This document shows, one piece after another, positions 38,251 through 50,895 of a stretch of DNA of 64,000 bases (the stretch's first letter is position 1; each line of letters begins with the position of its first letter). A program made the translations under genes and the position numbers. The notes below the pieces were generated by a model. It did no database searches and had not been told where the DNA came from. It worked only from the letters and a program-made list of their open reading frames with translations. The stretch is from Raillietiella orientalis (taxonomy: Eukaryota), in contig JAYWIR010000019.1 in NCBI GenBank assembly GCA_036172245.1, positions 930,001 to 994,000 on the forward strand. The letters run 5' to 3'.

Positions 38251-40809
38251 TCCTCGATAACAGGCACACACGAGAAGGAAAGAGCCGAAAAGGAGTGGAA
38301 ACACTTCGTGTCGGTCACAAATTCGGAGAAATTTGCCAGGGAGGGTCCAGGCATAGATTGGCAACGTCAAGGCCCACAAGTGGATTTTCAAGCATCCGAA
38401 GGAGAGCAGGTTTCTCGCGGGGTTGGCCTCAGAGGACTGGGGGAGTATCAGGGATGTTGCCAGCACGCGTGAAGGCTCTCTCCGACAAAGTGAAGCACTT
38501 GTGGATTTGAAAATTCCGTTTCAGTGTCGGGTGATGGGAACCTTGGCGGTGCACAATGGAGCATCCTGGATGAGTCCTCCGTGTTTTCTAAAGGTGCTAT
38601 GAGCGCTGCTCATTAATTGCTTTCGGTTCGGTGGTAACACGGCAACTCGATTGCTTGTTCACGTACCATCATAACTTGGGAAACAAAGTTGACTTGACAT
38701 CCTGACTTGACTGCCGGATTTAGCCGAGGGAACGAGAACACAAACATTTAGCATTTCTTCATGACAGACGACATTCATTCAATGAGGGCTTCCAAGTTTC
38801 TACCAGTCCATGGGTGGGGTTTCAGACATGGTATGGAGCACACAGCTTCCTTTTTTTACTCGAAGACGGAGGAAGTGGCAACTTCTTGAACACCATACGA
38901 CTGGGAATTCCGGATATTCATGCTAGCAGCATATTGCGAATTATGGTAAAAAGGATGCCATCCATCAGTTTTCAGGAAACATATAATGGAATTCTTCCTA
39001 TTTAAGGTCAGCAGGGTTGAAGGCTCAGTTCACACTGTTTAATCAAAGCATTTGGAGATAGAGCAAGCTAAAATGAATTGAAAATGCGCGCACAATCTGA
39101 AATCGAAGGAACTCTTGAGAGCACAGAGTCCGTGGGGAAAAATTGGCAATTTGGACACAGACCGATCCACAAAGGGGAAAACAATTCCAGCCCTAGACCA
39201 GTTATCTAAACGGAAGATCATCGGGACCAGTTGATGTCAAAAAAGTGAACGTCCGTAGAACGTTTCCAAAGTTAGGTAGATTGCAGCTAAGCACGCAAGA
39301 TTTCTCGTAAATGCCGTCCGCCAAAGACCAGCCGTTCGAGAGAAACAGAAGTCTGGAGCCAAGCATGTCCATTTTTTTTCTTCCTCCTCCTCCTCCTCCT
39401 CTTGGCTCACGCAGTTCGACTTGGTCGATTTGCAACAACCACGCATAGGTCGGTGTGGGATTCTTTCTCGTTTTCTAATGTTGATGCTGAGCGCCCCTCT
39501 CGCCGAGTTCATGCTATGACATGGTCAACTCAAGTCTTGGGATCGCTCAGAGTACGCCTGCGTTCCCGTAAGTTCATTGCGGGATGGCCTCATCGTTCTT
39601 TTTTTTAAAGGGGGGGGGAGGGGGAGGATTCATATACCTATAGTACGAGTGAGGATTGCATTCTCTGCTGCTTACTGTCGTCTGGAACGGCGTGTTGGTG
39701 GCAGTGGCCACAGCAGTGTTCACTTCGCACTTTGATCGAATTTGATGTGTTCATGTTGAGGAATGGTCGGACAGTGCAGACCTTCAGTAGGATGTCGAAG
39801 TTTTCAGCAGGATGCAGCTCGGGCCCCTGCTCTATGGGAGTATTTCTTTCGCCTTTTACTAAAGAAGTCCGTGGGCGGGAGCTTCTCAAAGAGCGCTTCG
39901 AGAATTTTTGTGTAGGATGTTGAGTGCCCTCGAATGACCGAAGGAAGCACCTGATGCACAGTCACGATTGAAAAAGGAGAGTGCTTTCAGTTTTTATTCA
40001 CGATAGCGCCCGTTAACGGTAATCGGGAGCTGCGCGTACCGTATTTGCCAGAGATGAGAACGCAGTGTCCCTTTCGTTTAGGGAAATGCAAATTTTGGAA
40101 ATAATCAGCCACTTGAAGAAGCTTTTGACAGAGGACGTGACCAAGTGATACGCATCACTGTGAAGAGGAGGCCACCCTATCCAACCTTGGCAACAAAGTA
40201 TTAATCCTGAGGCCCCCACGTGCCCCTGCCCTCATTCAAATGTTACTCCCGAGCTCTTTGGATAAGAATAGATAAGAAATGCCCAGAACAAACTAGATTA
40301 GTCACCATGGAATTCGTGATCACGATCGCATGAAACCCGTATTGGCTTATTCAAACAGGAACTACTCACTCTGATCTTTCAGTTCGTTATTTTTTTTTTT
40401 TCGCGCGTGTTTTTTTTTTTTTGTGTGAAATCCAAAAGAGCGACTTGGGGACATTGCACCGGGCTTCGCGACTCTCACCTCAGAGGCTCTGACACAGTCA
40501 ATACAGTACGAAACAGTCAAAGGCACGTCACCGAACACTAAGCCCGGATGCGGATACTCATTTGAATTCTTTATTCTGCAATAGCTCCGATCTACAAGTG
40601 CACACAAAAATATTTTGTACCAATTGTACAGTTTCATTGCTTTCGATCTCTGCTTCGGGCAGCACAAATGTATGAAAGACGATCACGTAACACTTTCATA
40701 GTTCGCCTCCTTATAAACAGGGGTAGCAGCAATAATTTGTTGATAAATAATAATTAAAAATTCAGGATGAGGCGATAAACAAACATAACATGTGTATGTA
40801 TGGAAGGGC

Positions 40810-42992
40810 CTAGATTTTTAGCTGTTCTAGGGCTTTTTCTGGATCAGATGCCAAACCAGAAGCTGCATCCTACAAAAATGGGTTTTAATTAATTTCAAAG
40901 AATTAACTTTACTCGCGAAGAAATCAAATATACCCTCACTGAAAATGCTGATGATGAATCACACTGCTTTTTACTTTGAAAAGGAATCCACGGTGGTGGC
41001 CCATCTTCATTTTTTCGAACAGCATTGCGAAGATCCTAAAAAAAAAATTGCACAGTTTTCCCCTATATTCTCATTAAGTACTCAAGAACGAACAATTTGC
41101 TAAACTTCAAAATCAAAACATTCAAGATTTATATCTTCCAATCTAATTATTTGACAAGAACTTTGTACCAGAAATGGATAGAGCATGAGCACATAAAACC
41201 TGATAAAACAAAAAAAAAAACAATGTCTGATATCTTAATCACTATTTACTGGTAGTTACCAAATGTATGGGTGACAGGAACTGCAAACTAAGTTAGACGT
41301 AAGTAGCATGAAGTTATCAAAATTACAAGGACATTTAAGATCTAAGGTTGAATTTTAACTTTGAAGACTTCATCAGTGAAAAATACAATAGCACTTCCCC
41401 AATGACATGGCCCTTGGGCAAAGCATCATCCAAGCAAACTGACAAAGGTTCCAACAAGCATGTGAACAAAATTACATGTTATTCTTAATTCAATTACCTT
41501 AAGAATTTATTGAAAACAAACACATACCAAGTGACATAGAATTTCCTGCAAGAAAATGGAAAAAAAGGCATGGATAGATAGAAAATGACTAATTAAAACT
41601 CCAACATTTGCACCATGTAAACAAATTGCATTCCTGAAAACAACTGTTTTCTCAAATGAACAATATGTTTTCCAACAAGGGAACAAGATATCATATAAAC
41701 TACAATTCAATCCACACTTCTACTCACAAGATGAATAATTAGTCAAAACATACTTTTGACAATTTCCACTTCTCCACTAGTGCTGTAACGTGACCTCCTA
41801 GGATTTGCCCACAGGTGTCATCAAGGAGAATATACCGGCATTTTACAAGCACTTTACTTAGGATCAGCTGAATTTTTGTACCAGGAGGGGTGTTCATGCT
41901 GGAAATGTTTGAGAAATCCCTTCAGTCTAGCTATTTCAATACCAAAAACCATGTAACTTCGCTAGATACTATGCATGCATTTAAATCTATCTTTGCATCT
42001 GTATTGCTCATTCATTCTTCTGTTCATTCTACTTTCATTAATAGCATGAGCATCAACACACATTTTAAATGGGGTAGCTCAGCACATGTGTATGAGTCAG
42101 TCTGTGGTCTGCAAGACATACCAACATGAAGGCATGTAAAAAATCCTTTGAACCACAATTTGAAAATTGACAATACATGCATACATGTATGCTATTAGGC
42201 AAAGCTTATTCACACATAATGCCATTCACATATTCACTACACAGAAAAAAACTTTATACTTCAAATATCTCATGGGTGATAGCTCTAGTGCTTTACAAGT
42301 AATGCAACCATCAGTGAGAATCAGTTTTAGTATTCGAGAATGCTGCTGTTCATCCTGCTGCTTTGCTACAGCAACATTAATAATTTTTTGAATTTGCAGA
42401 ACTAGATAAGGTCCCTGAGAAACATTTGTTATATCACACATGGGTGTGGCAACCACATGTTACCTCAACTGACTTCTTATTTAAGAAATTTTCTAGAGGA
42501 GACTGCTGTCCAACTTGCTTCAAATCTAACTAAACTGCAGCTTATATGAATGAATTTTTGGTGGTCTTACATGTATAAGCTTCATTTCAGTTCTCTGGGC
42601 ATCTGTACCAGGTCCCATGTTTTGGAGTACTTCCGGTTTTATGTACCTAGTAATAAAAGTTTCATCAGATGTATGCTTTATTGTGGACACATGGTTTTCG
42701 GGGAGAGAGTGCAAAAAAATAAATAAATAAAGTAGTGAAAGCAGTGCGCTTATTTCACTTAAAACAGGAAATGCCCGTTTCGGCAACTAACGGTTAAAAT
42801 CGTTTCAATGTTGTCATTGTTTTTGTGTGTGTGTGTTTGTTCCATGCATCATGCCCTCGGAATCCTCGGCAAAACCGGCGCACATTCTTTTTTGCTGCAC
42901 GTATTACATGCTAGTAAAGCAGTTTATTAGCACGGGCTTGTCATCATACTACTTTACCATCCTTTTTTCCTTAATGCATCCGCAGCTTCCAT
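40810..42992 (-). CDS. TDRD3: TDRD3-like protein, DUF1767 + OB-fold only (about 212 aa, 7 coding exons)
   Basis: Exons (minus) 42992-42958, 42646-42571, 42529-42464, 42414-42260, 41898-41754, 41035-40934 (or -40940), 40869-40810 join in frame: MEAADALRKKGWYIKPE...LDLKQVG...GPYLVLQIQKIINVAVAK...RILKLILTDGCITCKALE...LNMNTPPGTKIQL...ILGGHVTALVEKWKLSK...DGPPPWIPF. Matches TDRD3 motifs GWYL, GPCVLQIQKIRNV, RMLRLQMTDG, SLNTPPGTKV, LGGEVEHLIEKW, GPPPFVPF. The last exon is the least certain. Confidence 0.88.
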
Positions 42993-45473
42993 TGCAACTT
43001 TTGTGCTTGAACTCACTGCATGCACAACGCGTGGTCACACATCGACACACCCACGGACGCGGCCGCCACTGCGCGGACGGAAAGTGGTTGTTCCACTTTT
43101 CGTGACGACGACTTGGAGATTTACGAACGTGCAGATGATTTCACCAAAGTGGTTGTCTTTCTCTGCAAGCAGATGTGCTGTTTTTCCTTACGCTCGGCAA
43201 ATCCTTCTTTTGCTTCCCGACTTCCTCACCCCTCTGTTGTACATCGGGAAGTCTGGTTTTCTCATCCTCGTGGGATCTGGACGACGGACAATCATCTCTC
43301 ATACAAGACGAATGCAAAAGCCCATATCTATCTAAACGCTCCAATTTTCTTTTTCTCAACCCGACGTTTTGCTTGAAACGGAGAAACCATCCCCGTCGCC
43401 TTTAGCATTGGCCGTAGAGATGGACGTGGCCCTACCAAACTGAAGGAGTACACACAAAACCGGTATGCCAAGCAGGGATCCTGTGTACTCTGTTCCCCCG
43501 TTGGCATGGACACAGTTCTGTGTATGGATTTAGAGGTTTGGTACTGGATGAAACTCACTTTTTTTTTTCAAATCCAGTAACCCATTTTAAATGTAACCTC
43601 CATTTTCCATTTCAGAAATACCAAAATTTTCTTACGCCATGAGTAAAACAAAGTGCATGTAGCGCAGACACGAAGCTGGGCAAAGCTGCAGCACGAAAAA
43701 GCCACAGGAAAGTAGATTCCACAGTATTCAACCCTTGTCTCCAGAACAATTTACTACAAACTAGACCGACCCGGTGAATCAACACCGAAATTTGCAAATT
43801 CCGTTTTTGAATTAATTCTATGTAAATTTAGAATTTCAAGTAAACTGTCTTTGTGGAAAGGTTCCTTCAATGATGCTAATATGAAATTAATAAAGGCAAC
43901 CTTCCAGATAAGCAAATCTTGCATTAGAAATCTCACGCAATGCTAGTAACGCTGTCATTTATTGAAAAACACAACTCTCGAATAAACACCTATACGAAGA
44001 ATATTGAGAGTAAAAGCAGTGCTGTTAGTAAGAGACTTGACGATTTAATGGATCCTACGGTTGAATAAATTTGTGCTTTGAACCATTTCACCGAGATAGG
44101 AAAAACATCCAACAGAGTATTAGCACAGCATTGCCAGGACAATGCCAAATCGCAGCAAATTTTCAAACTATGTTTATTTTCTTGAAGTGGACCGTAGTAT
44201 TCAGATTAATTGAAAACTTCTTTGGATCTCAGTCCGGAAGTGCATGCTGACAAAGCAGAGGCAGAGTAAATTACCTAGGACATCGTTATGCAAACGATCT
44301 AATCATGTACATTCTCACTTTGCTTTTTTCTTTTTCTACCAAGATCTCAATGAAGCCTTCATAAATGTAATGAAGTGTTTGAACAACCCAAAAAGAGAGA
44401 AAAAAATAAGTCTTTAAAGAGAGAAATGTGAATTTTAGATGCGTGAATTTTCAATTTCCGAATAAAAAATAATCACCGAAGTGCCACAGTTAAAATAATC
44501 AAAACATCTGCACAATTATTGCACACAATTAGTATGGAAAGGACAATCCTACGTACAATCGCTACATTCACATCTTGTTATTTAAAAACTTTCATTGAAT
44601 CACGATACAAGGGCTCAAACTCTTATCTGTTAATTAATGAACAATTCAACAAGAAAATCATTTAGTATATGATCCTACATTATTGTCGATTCATTACTTA
44701 ACTTTGCTTTTTTTTTAGAAAATTTCCTAAGGACGATTTCAACAGTGAAACTATTCCCAAACGCATCAAAACAAAGAGACTACCATTGTGTAAAGTCATT
44801 AGGCATCTCCTAGTAAGGCAGAATTATGAGGTCAACTTTTTCAGTCAGTGATGGAAGACAAAAAAAAAAAAAAAGAATGGAGTAAGAAAAGAAAATATAA
44901 TGCCCCTTTAACTGTGAATTACATCTTCTAGATGCGCTTTAATCTTTAGTTTGCAGGTGGTGATCAGAATTTTTGCTTGCAAAGCGAAAGAAAAGTTAGG
45001 TGTGTAGCTTGGTAATGGTATGATACATTACTTAAGAGATTCAGTTTGATATTAGATCGATGACAATTTTCTGGCATAAACTCAGCTGGTGTTTGTGGGC
45101 AGACAATGAGGTTGAGAACTAGAAAGATTTGAGAACAAGCTGTTACTACTTCTGCCCAAAGGAAACGATAGTTTGAATTAAAAATAAATAAAAAAAAGGA
45201 GACAATAGTTGGAAAAATTGTATACCTATTGTTTTGCATTGTATATTTTTTCTTTGCTTTTTTTTACTATTACTTATTTTTACAAAGGTAACCGGCATTA
45301 TCCGTTATTTAAAAAAATATAAAAGAAATTTGTAATGGTAAGGAAGCAACCAAATTTGCCGATACTGAATCTGTTCATGATTACCAAATTCATCACGTGC
45401 CTTCTAGGTTACCTTTGTACTTGGTATAGCTGGACTGAAGGAATTTTAAAAATTAAACTGTTTTGTTAGAGTG

Positions 45474-48443
45474 TCAGTCTTCCGATTTTTGTTTAAACGA
45501 GTTTATGAATAATTCCAATGCTTTGAAAACAGTTTCATCCTCTTGTGCTAAGGGGAGGAATCCGAGATCATCAGCAAAAACATCGGTTGAAAAGTCTTGG
45601 ACTTTTCTGTTTCAGAAACCAGCATTTCCCATCTCTCTTCAGTCCTCTAAGAGTCTCAGGTTGCAGTTTCTCTGAATCCAGAGACTCTGCTTCTAAACAC
45701 GAATGCTGCTCTAAGAGTTTTCAAGAGGAGTCCAGTAACCGGCTGCAATCTCAGTCAATTCTAAATCATCTCTGTAAAATTTTGCAACAGACCGACAGTC
45801 AAGATTTTGCAACTTCAAAAAGGAAAAGGAGATTCCGGTTACGTAAGCAGCATAACATATTTTTCGATGCATAATCTTCAAAGTTTGTTGTGCACAATCA
45901 CTATGAATCGCAAAAAAAACGATGAGTGAGCAAACAAGGCAGCTTCTCATTCTTTCGGTGCAAGTTTTGGAAAGCAAAGCTGGAATAAGCAATCCTTTCG
46001 GCAGCAGTTGCCGATGTCATTACCCAGCACAGGTTCCAGCGCGGTTCCTTCTTGAGGTGTTTGCTCGTTGAACCGAGGCAGAAAGACGTAGGCGCATTGG
46101 CTGGACTCGGAAAAAAAAACATCCACCGGGATGGACCGAAGATGGAAATGAAGCTGGACCGTACCGTGTTCTGAACGCAAATCCTTTGTGGTTGTTCTCA
46201 TTTCGCGAGCTTTGGACACGTCTGCTGAAATCAATTTTCGCACTTTTGCAAGAACGAATTGAATGAATTGAAGGGCTGATAAATCAATGAATGATGAATG
46301 AATTTCTCATTTGAAGTTTTGTGTGTGCGTTTCTTTTTTCACATATGCGAAGTTTGAAAAATCCTGTCTTGACGACTCTACGAACACGGTTCTGTATACC
46401 TAGCACAAGAATGGAAAACTTAATGAAACAAGAGGAAAATTGAGAAACGAGGAGATCCTTTTAGTATGCTCATTCGGTTAAGTGGACAGATTTGCTTCAC
46501 TTGGTCAAGACGCATCGGCAGAGGGTCCAGATTGTGTGGTTTCCCAGCATGCAGACGCTTCTTCTGTCCGATCGCCGATTCGGTGCTGCTCAGTCTTGTT
46601 GATTTTCGTCTGCCCTCGTGACACATTGGACTTGCTGCTTTCCGTGATTCAATCCCTGTTTGGTCCATGATTTTAGCCCCTGGTATTTGATTTGGACCAC
46701 ACCGTCAGAAAGCGACTGAAGGGATGGTGCGAAGTTCCCAAGCGAGGGGGCAGTTTGGCGATCCTTGCGGACGAAGACGTTAGAGGAACGGGAAAACACG
46801 GAATCCAAGCATGGGACGAGAGGAGATTGTGAAACGAGGGATGAGGGGTTTCCTCAAGAGAACGGCTTCTGAAATTTCCCAAATTGCCCTGGAAGCGTTG
46901 ACGACGGCCTCACAAGCAAACGCTTTGGCTGCTGAAGACAAACGCCCACGTGACGAAACCGCGCACCCTGTAGAGAGAAAGACCGTCCAGCGTCTCCAAC
47001 GAGAGAATTCTTCGATTCTTCGCTCGATCCGTTTGCAGCTGCTGATTTGTCAAATCAGAATTTTCATCGGGGGGGGGGGGGGGGGGGGAATTTTGCATTC
47101 CCCTCGAATTTTCGAATGCGGGAACGGTTGTGGAGCGCGAAGAGAGCTCCCGATTTTTTTTTTTTTTTTTTCCCCTGGATTCGTCGGAACCCTCTCGAAA
47201 TTTGGGAAGCAGGCAGCGTTCTCTTCAGCCTCTTGCGTCTCGGCGAAGCCATCACACTCACGGAGGCGTGCAAAGAGGGTCGGCAAGCAAGGGGCCGTCG
47301 AGTGCGCGTGAAAACCGGAGCGCTACGTCCCAGCGAGCGAAGGAATTGACTGGAAGCAGGAAGGACGAGGCGGCCCGTCAAAGGACGCCACCAGCGCGGC
47401 AGCGGCAAAGTGGCGCTGAACCTCCATGGTCCAGCATCGTCGATTCACCATCATCCGCGACTCGTTCGCGAAGCGAGGAGCACCCAGGACGCGTGCACGT
47501 AGCCACAGGTCAAACCCCTTGGAGCGTTTCCGCTGCCCACTGTCGCGTCCAATGGTACAGCCAGACTCTCAACGAGAGCGGAAGTCCTTCGACGTTCCTC
47601 ATCACCACGAGTCAAACATAGTGTGCGGAAGTCGTGAACTTCCCCGGAATCCGTGTGCTTGACCTCACGTTCTAAAAGTCGCGTAGGCTGGGACTCATCT
47701 AGGATGCGTTGGCATCCTCCTGCAAGTCGTCGGTCCATTCACGGCCCTCTTCTCCTGACTGCACGAACAGCACAGCTCGCGCCTTCGCACCCATCGACAG
47801 ATGGGAAGAGGCTGGTCGCAACGCAGATGTTTAAGAGCGAAGCAGTCCGAGAATCCACTCGAGCACCGTAGCGGTCCCTTGACCCTCTGATGATGGCGAC
47901 GATGTCGCGACCTTCATTCCTCTTCGGGAGAGATTGCAATCTGTTAATTTTTCTCCCTTATCCCGCCTGGCCGTGAGGAGTGTTTCCTCTCCGTGCGTCT
48001 CCGTGAGTCCACACCCAGGACTTGCTGGTTCTCTGAGACCTCAGCCTTCAGCCAGGCTTCCTTATTCTACCCCCAACTCCATTGTGCCGTTGTTGGTACA
48101 TGAGAGAATGCCTCATGCAGTGGTTTACTATGTGAGGCAACATACGCCACGTTCTCTGCTTCCTTCTACCGCACGCGTGGAAGGCACCACTGGCGACTAG
48201 TGGAGTTGCCATGCAGCGGAGATCCCTTGATTATGTAGCCGAGGTTGACGAAGGTGCTGCCGACGCGCTGAGGCACCTCTTAAGGGACGGTTCGTCGACG
48301 GATCCGTCCTGTTCTTGAAGAGGCGAGGTCGTTGAAACTCCTCGACAGCGTGGGACAAGCGTCCGAGGTGCCCACCTAGCGTCGGGGACGTTTGCAGCCG
48401 CAGGGAGGATCTTTCGGAATTTAGACTTTCGGGGAAGATGCAT
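45474..48443 (-). other. Possible unrecognised spliced gene (candidate exons only)
   Basis: Splice-bounded segments near 48467-48378 (MHLPRKSKFRKILPAAA), 46967-46912 and a terminal-looking exon about 45607-45474 (KVQDFSTDVFADDLGFLPLAQEDETVFKALELFINSFKQKSED*), downstream of a YY1-motif cluster. No homology recognised and a full in-frame join was not established. Confidence 0.25.
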
Positions 48444-49565
48444 CCTCGGAAGCCATAGCAGTCGAATCTGGACGAATAAAAGAACGGAAAGCTCAGCTCG
48501 AGGGAATTGAATCTATTCGCTTATTTATTTCTATCGTCCGTTTCGTTCATTTCATTTATTTTTGATTTGGAACTCAGCGAAACAAGAAATTCGTCCGTCC
48601 CCAAAGCGCCACCTTTAAACGCCGCAATTTTTTCGTAGGTCCTGTCTCCATAACAACTCTTCCCCCCCCCCCTCCGCTCCCGAGATTTTCCATTTTTGAC
48701 TGCGATCTTCCATTCCACAGCCTTGCCGTGACTTCCATTCAGTTCGGGTTGGTTCGTTCCCTCCGGCAGACGGCCCGTCCTGCCGCCAGAACGAGCGCAC
48801 CCCTTCTTAGGCATCCAAACCCGTTCTTCCTCTGCTTGCCGACTCGATGCCCCCCCTCCCCCCCACTTCGTGTTCGCAGGTTTCTGAACTCCAGGCGCAT
48901 CCTGGAACTTTGGAACCTGCCACAGGAGAAACACCGTGGAAACGAAAGCGAACAGATTAGAACAGGCGCGCAGAGGAAAGTGCTTCGGTGCCGCAGGCTG
49001 TTTCCCCGGCGCTAAGAATCCGCACGTCATCCAAGGGTTCGCGAAGCGAAGGAAGCTGTTGAGGAAAAATCTAGGATCCACTTTGGCCACCATGGCCACG
49101 CGCGCGCGACTACAGTCGGATCAGTGAGATCACTAAGGAAAACCTCACTTCACACACAACACGGAAAAGATCGCTGCAACCAAACGCAGCTTTCCCTTCC
49201 GACGGTGCGGGTCGCTGGAGGGAGCCTGGAGCTCGGCTCGGGCGTCAGAGGAAGGACTTGACCCCCCCTCCCCCCAACCCAGAGGAGAACATAGAAGTCG
49301 CCTTTCGCGAACGAAATCGCCGTCTTTTCTCGTCTCCTCGGCTACATCCTCGCTGCGAGGGTGGGCGCCAAAGTCCCACCTCGCAACGCAGAGGAACGGG
49401 AAGATTTCTTTCTCAAGCGCGCGTCGCTCGTTGACCCCCCGAGTGTTGCTTTGGGTGTTTCTCTTTCGAACGGTGATTTCACGTGATACCTTCCGGACGG
49501 CCTGCCTTCCTTCCATCCAAGACAGTACACTACCGTAACGGCGGATTCGCATAGCGCGACCGGAA

Positions 49566-49635
49566 AAAATGGCGGCAGTCATTTCCCGTCGCGCCGTACG
49601 AATCCGCCATGCTTCGCGAATCCAAAAATGGCGGC
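49566..49635. promoter_or_regulatory. YY1/Pleiohomeotic motif cluster (candidate promoter)
   Basis: AAAATGGCGGC at 49566-49576 and 49625-49635 plus inverted CCGCCAT at 49604-49610, next to an AT-rich tract at 49700-50000. Confidence 0.5.
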
Positions 49636-50895
49636 TAATCAGCTCCTACGGAGCGCTGCGGGTAACTTCAATTTTGGCGCACGGTGTCAGTTCAGCTGTT
49701 TTTTTTTTTGAACAAAACAAAACAAAACAAAACACGACGACTGAAAGTTTCGTTCAAAACTTCTTCTAAAAAATAGCTCAGTAAGGTACGCTTTTCAGCA
49801 ACGAGAACGATAGAAAAGAAAGGATTGTGGAAATTGATTGCATATCAACAAAACTCGCTAAAAAAAAATTTTTTTGCTTTTAAGCTAAAAAATAAATAAG
49901 TACCTTTAATTCTTTTCGTTTTGCAATGAAATAATACGTGTTCCACTGTTGCAACTTTTAAGATGCATTTTATATACATTATTAACATAGTGGTACCCAT
50001 AGGGCTTGCATAAAGCGTTCTCCGCGTTATACGGAATCCTCTTCGAACCTAGCAGTTTCCCAGAGCCATATCTAGCAGGAGGTCAACGGCTAAATTCTTC
50101 CCGGAATCGGCGCTGCTTTCTCGTTCTTGCACAGTGGTACCGAACAAGTGCCAGCAAAAAAAAAATTCCTTATCGATCCCATTGGCGGTTGGCCACAGCC
50201 TCCGCTTTCCCGGTGTCGAGGGCTGAGCTGGCGAAGAGCGTGAGGAAGAGGGAACTCGCTTCCTGCACACCCTCCAACCAAGGGCAGACGTTATCGTCCA
50301 TCGGTGGTCCACACCGATGGTTCCGATCGTCCGATCCCTCCGGAGTCTGTGCTGGCCGTTGTCTTTAGCAGCAGATCAGTATCCAAAGGCCAGCAGGGGA
50401 GAGGAAGTATCCGGAAATCTCTTTCTGGACAGCCACCCCACCTCTCTCGAGGCGTCTCCCCTGTAGGGTGCAGACCAGTGCCCACCCCAAGAGAACCCTT
50501 CGGTTTGCTGAACCGGAGGCCGGGCCCACAGCATGCGGGCCACGGAGAGGAGCGAAGACTTGGCGGTGTGCGGGTGGCAGCAGCGGCGCGCCGTCCCGGG
50601 GGAGACTCCGCACAGGGGAACCCCCCCTGCCAGGGGAGGGAGGAAGGGAGGGTTTCCGCTCGAGACAGACTGGCTGTTGCGTTCTCACCCGAGCACGCGG
50701 GGGCGTGACTGGCTGCTGAGCGCGCACAGTACCTTCCGCTGCACGAGGCAGCCGACGGGCACCTCCCGGTTCCCGGAAGGCGTCGGCGCGTTCCCTCTTT
50801 TCCTGCTGTGCTTCCGGCCACTTTCAGTAAGCCGCCGAGAAGCGCGGAGCGCACACCACTTGGACGCCTTAGGTGGTGCTGGTGCACAACCTGGC

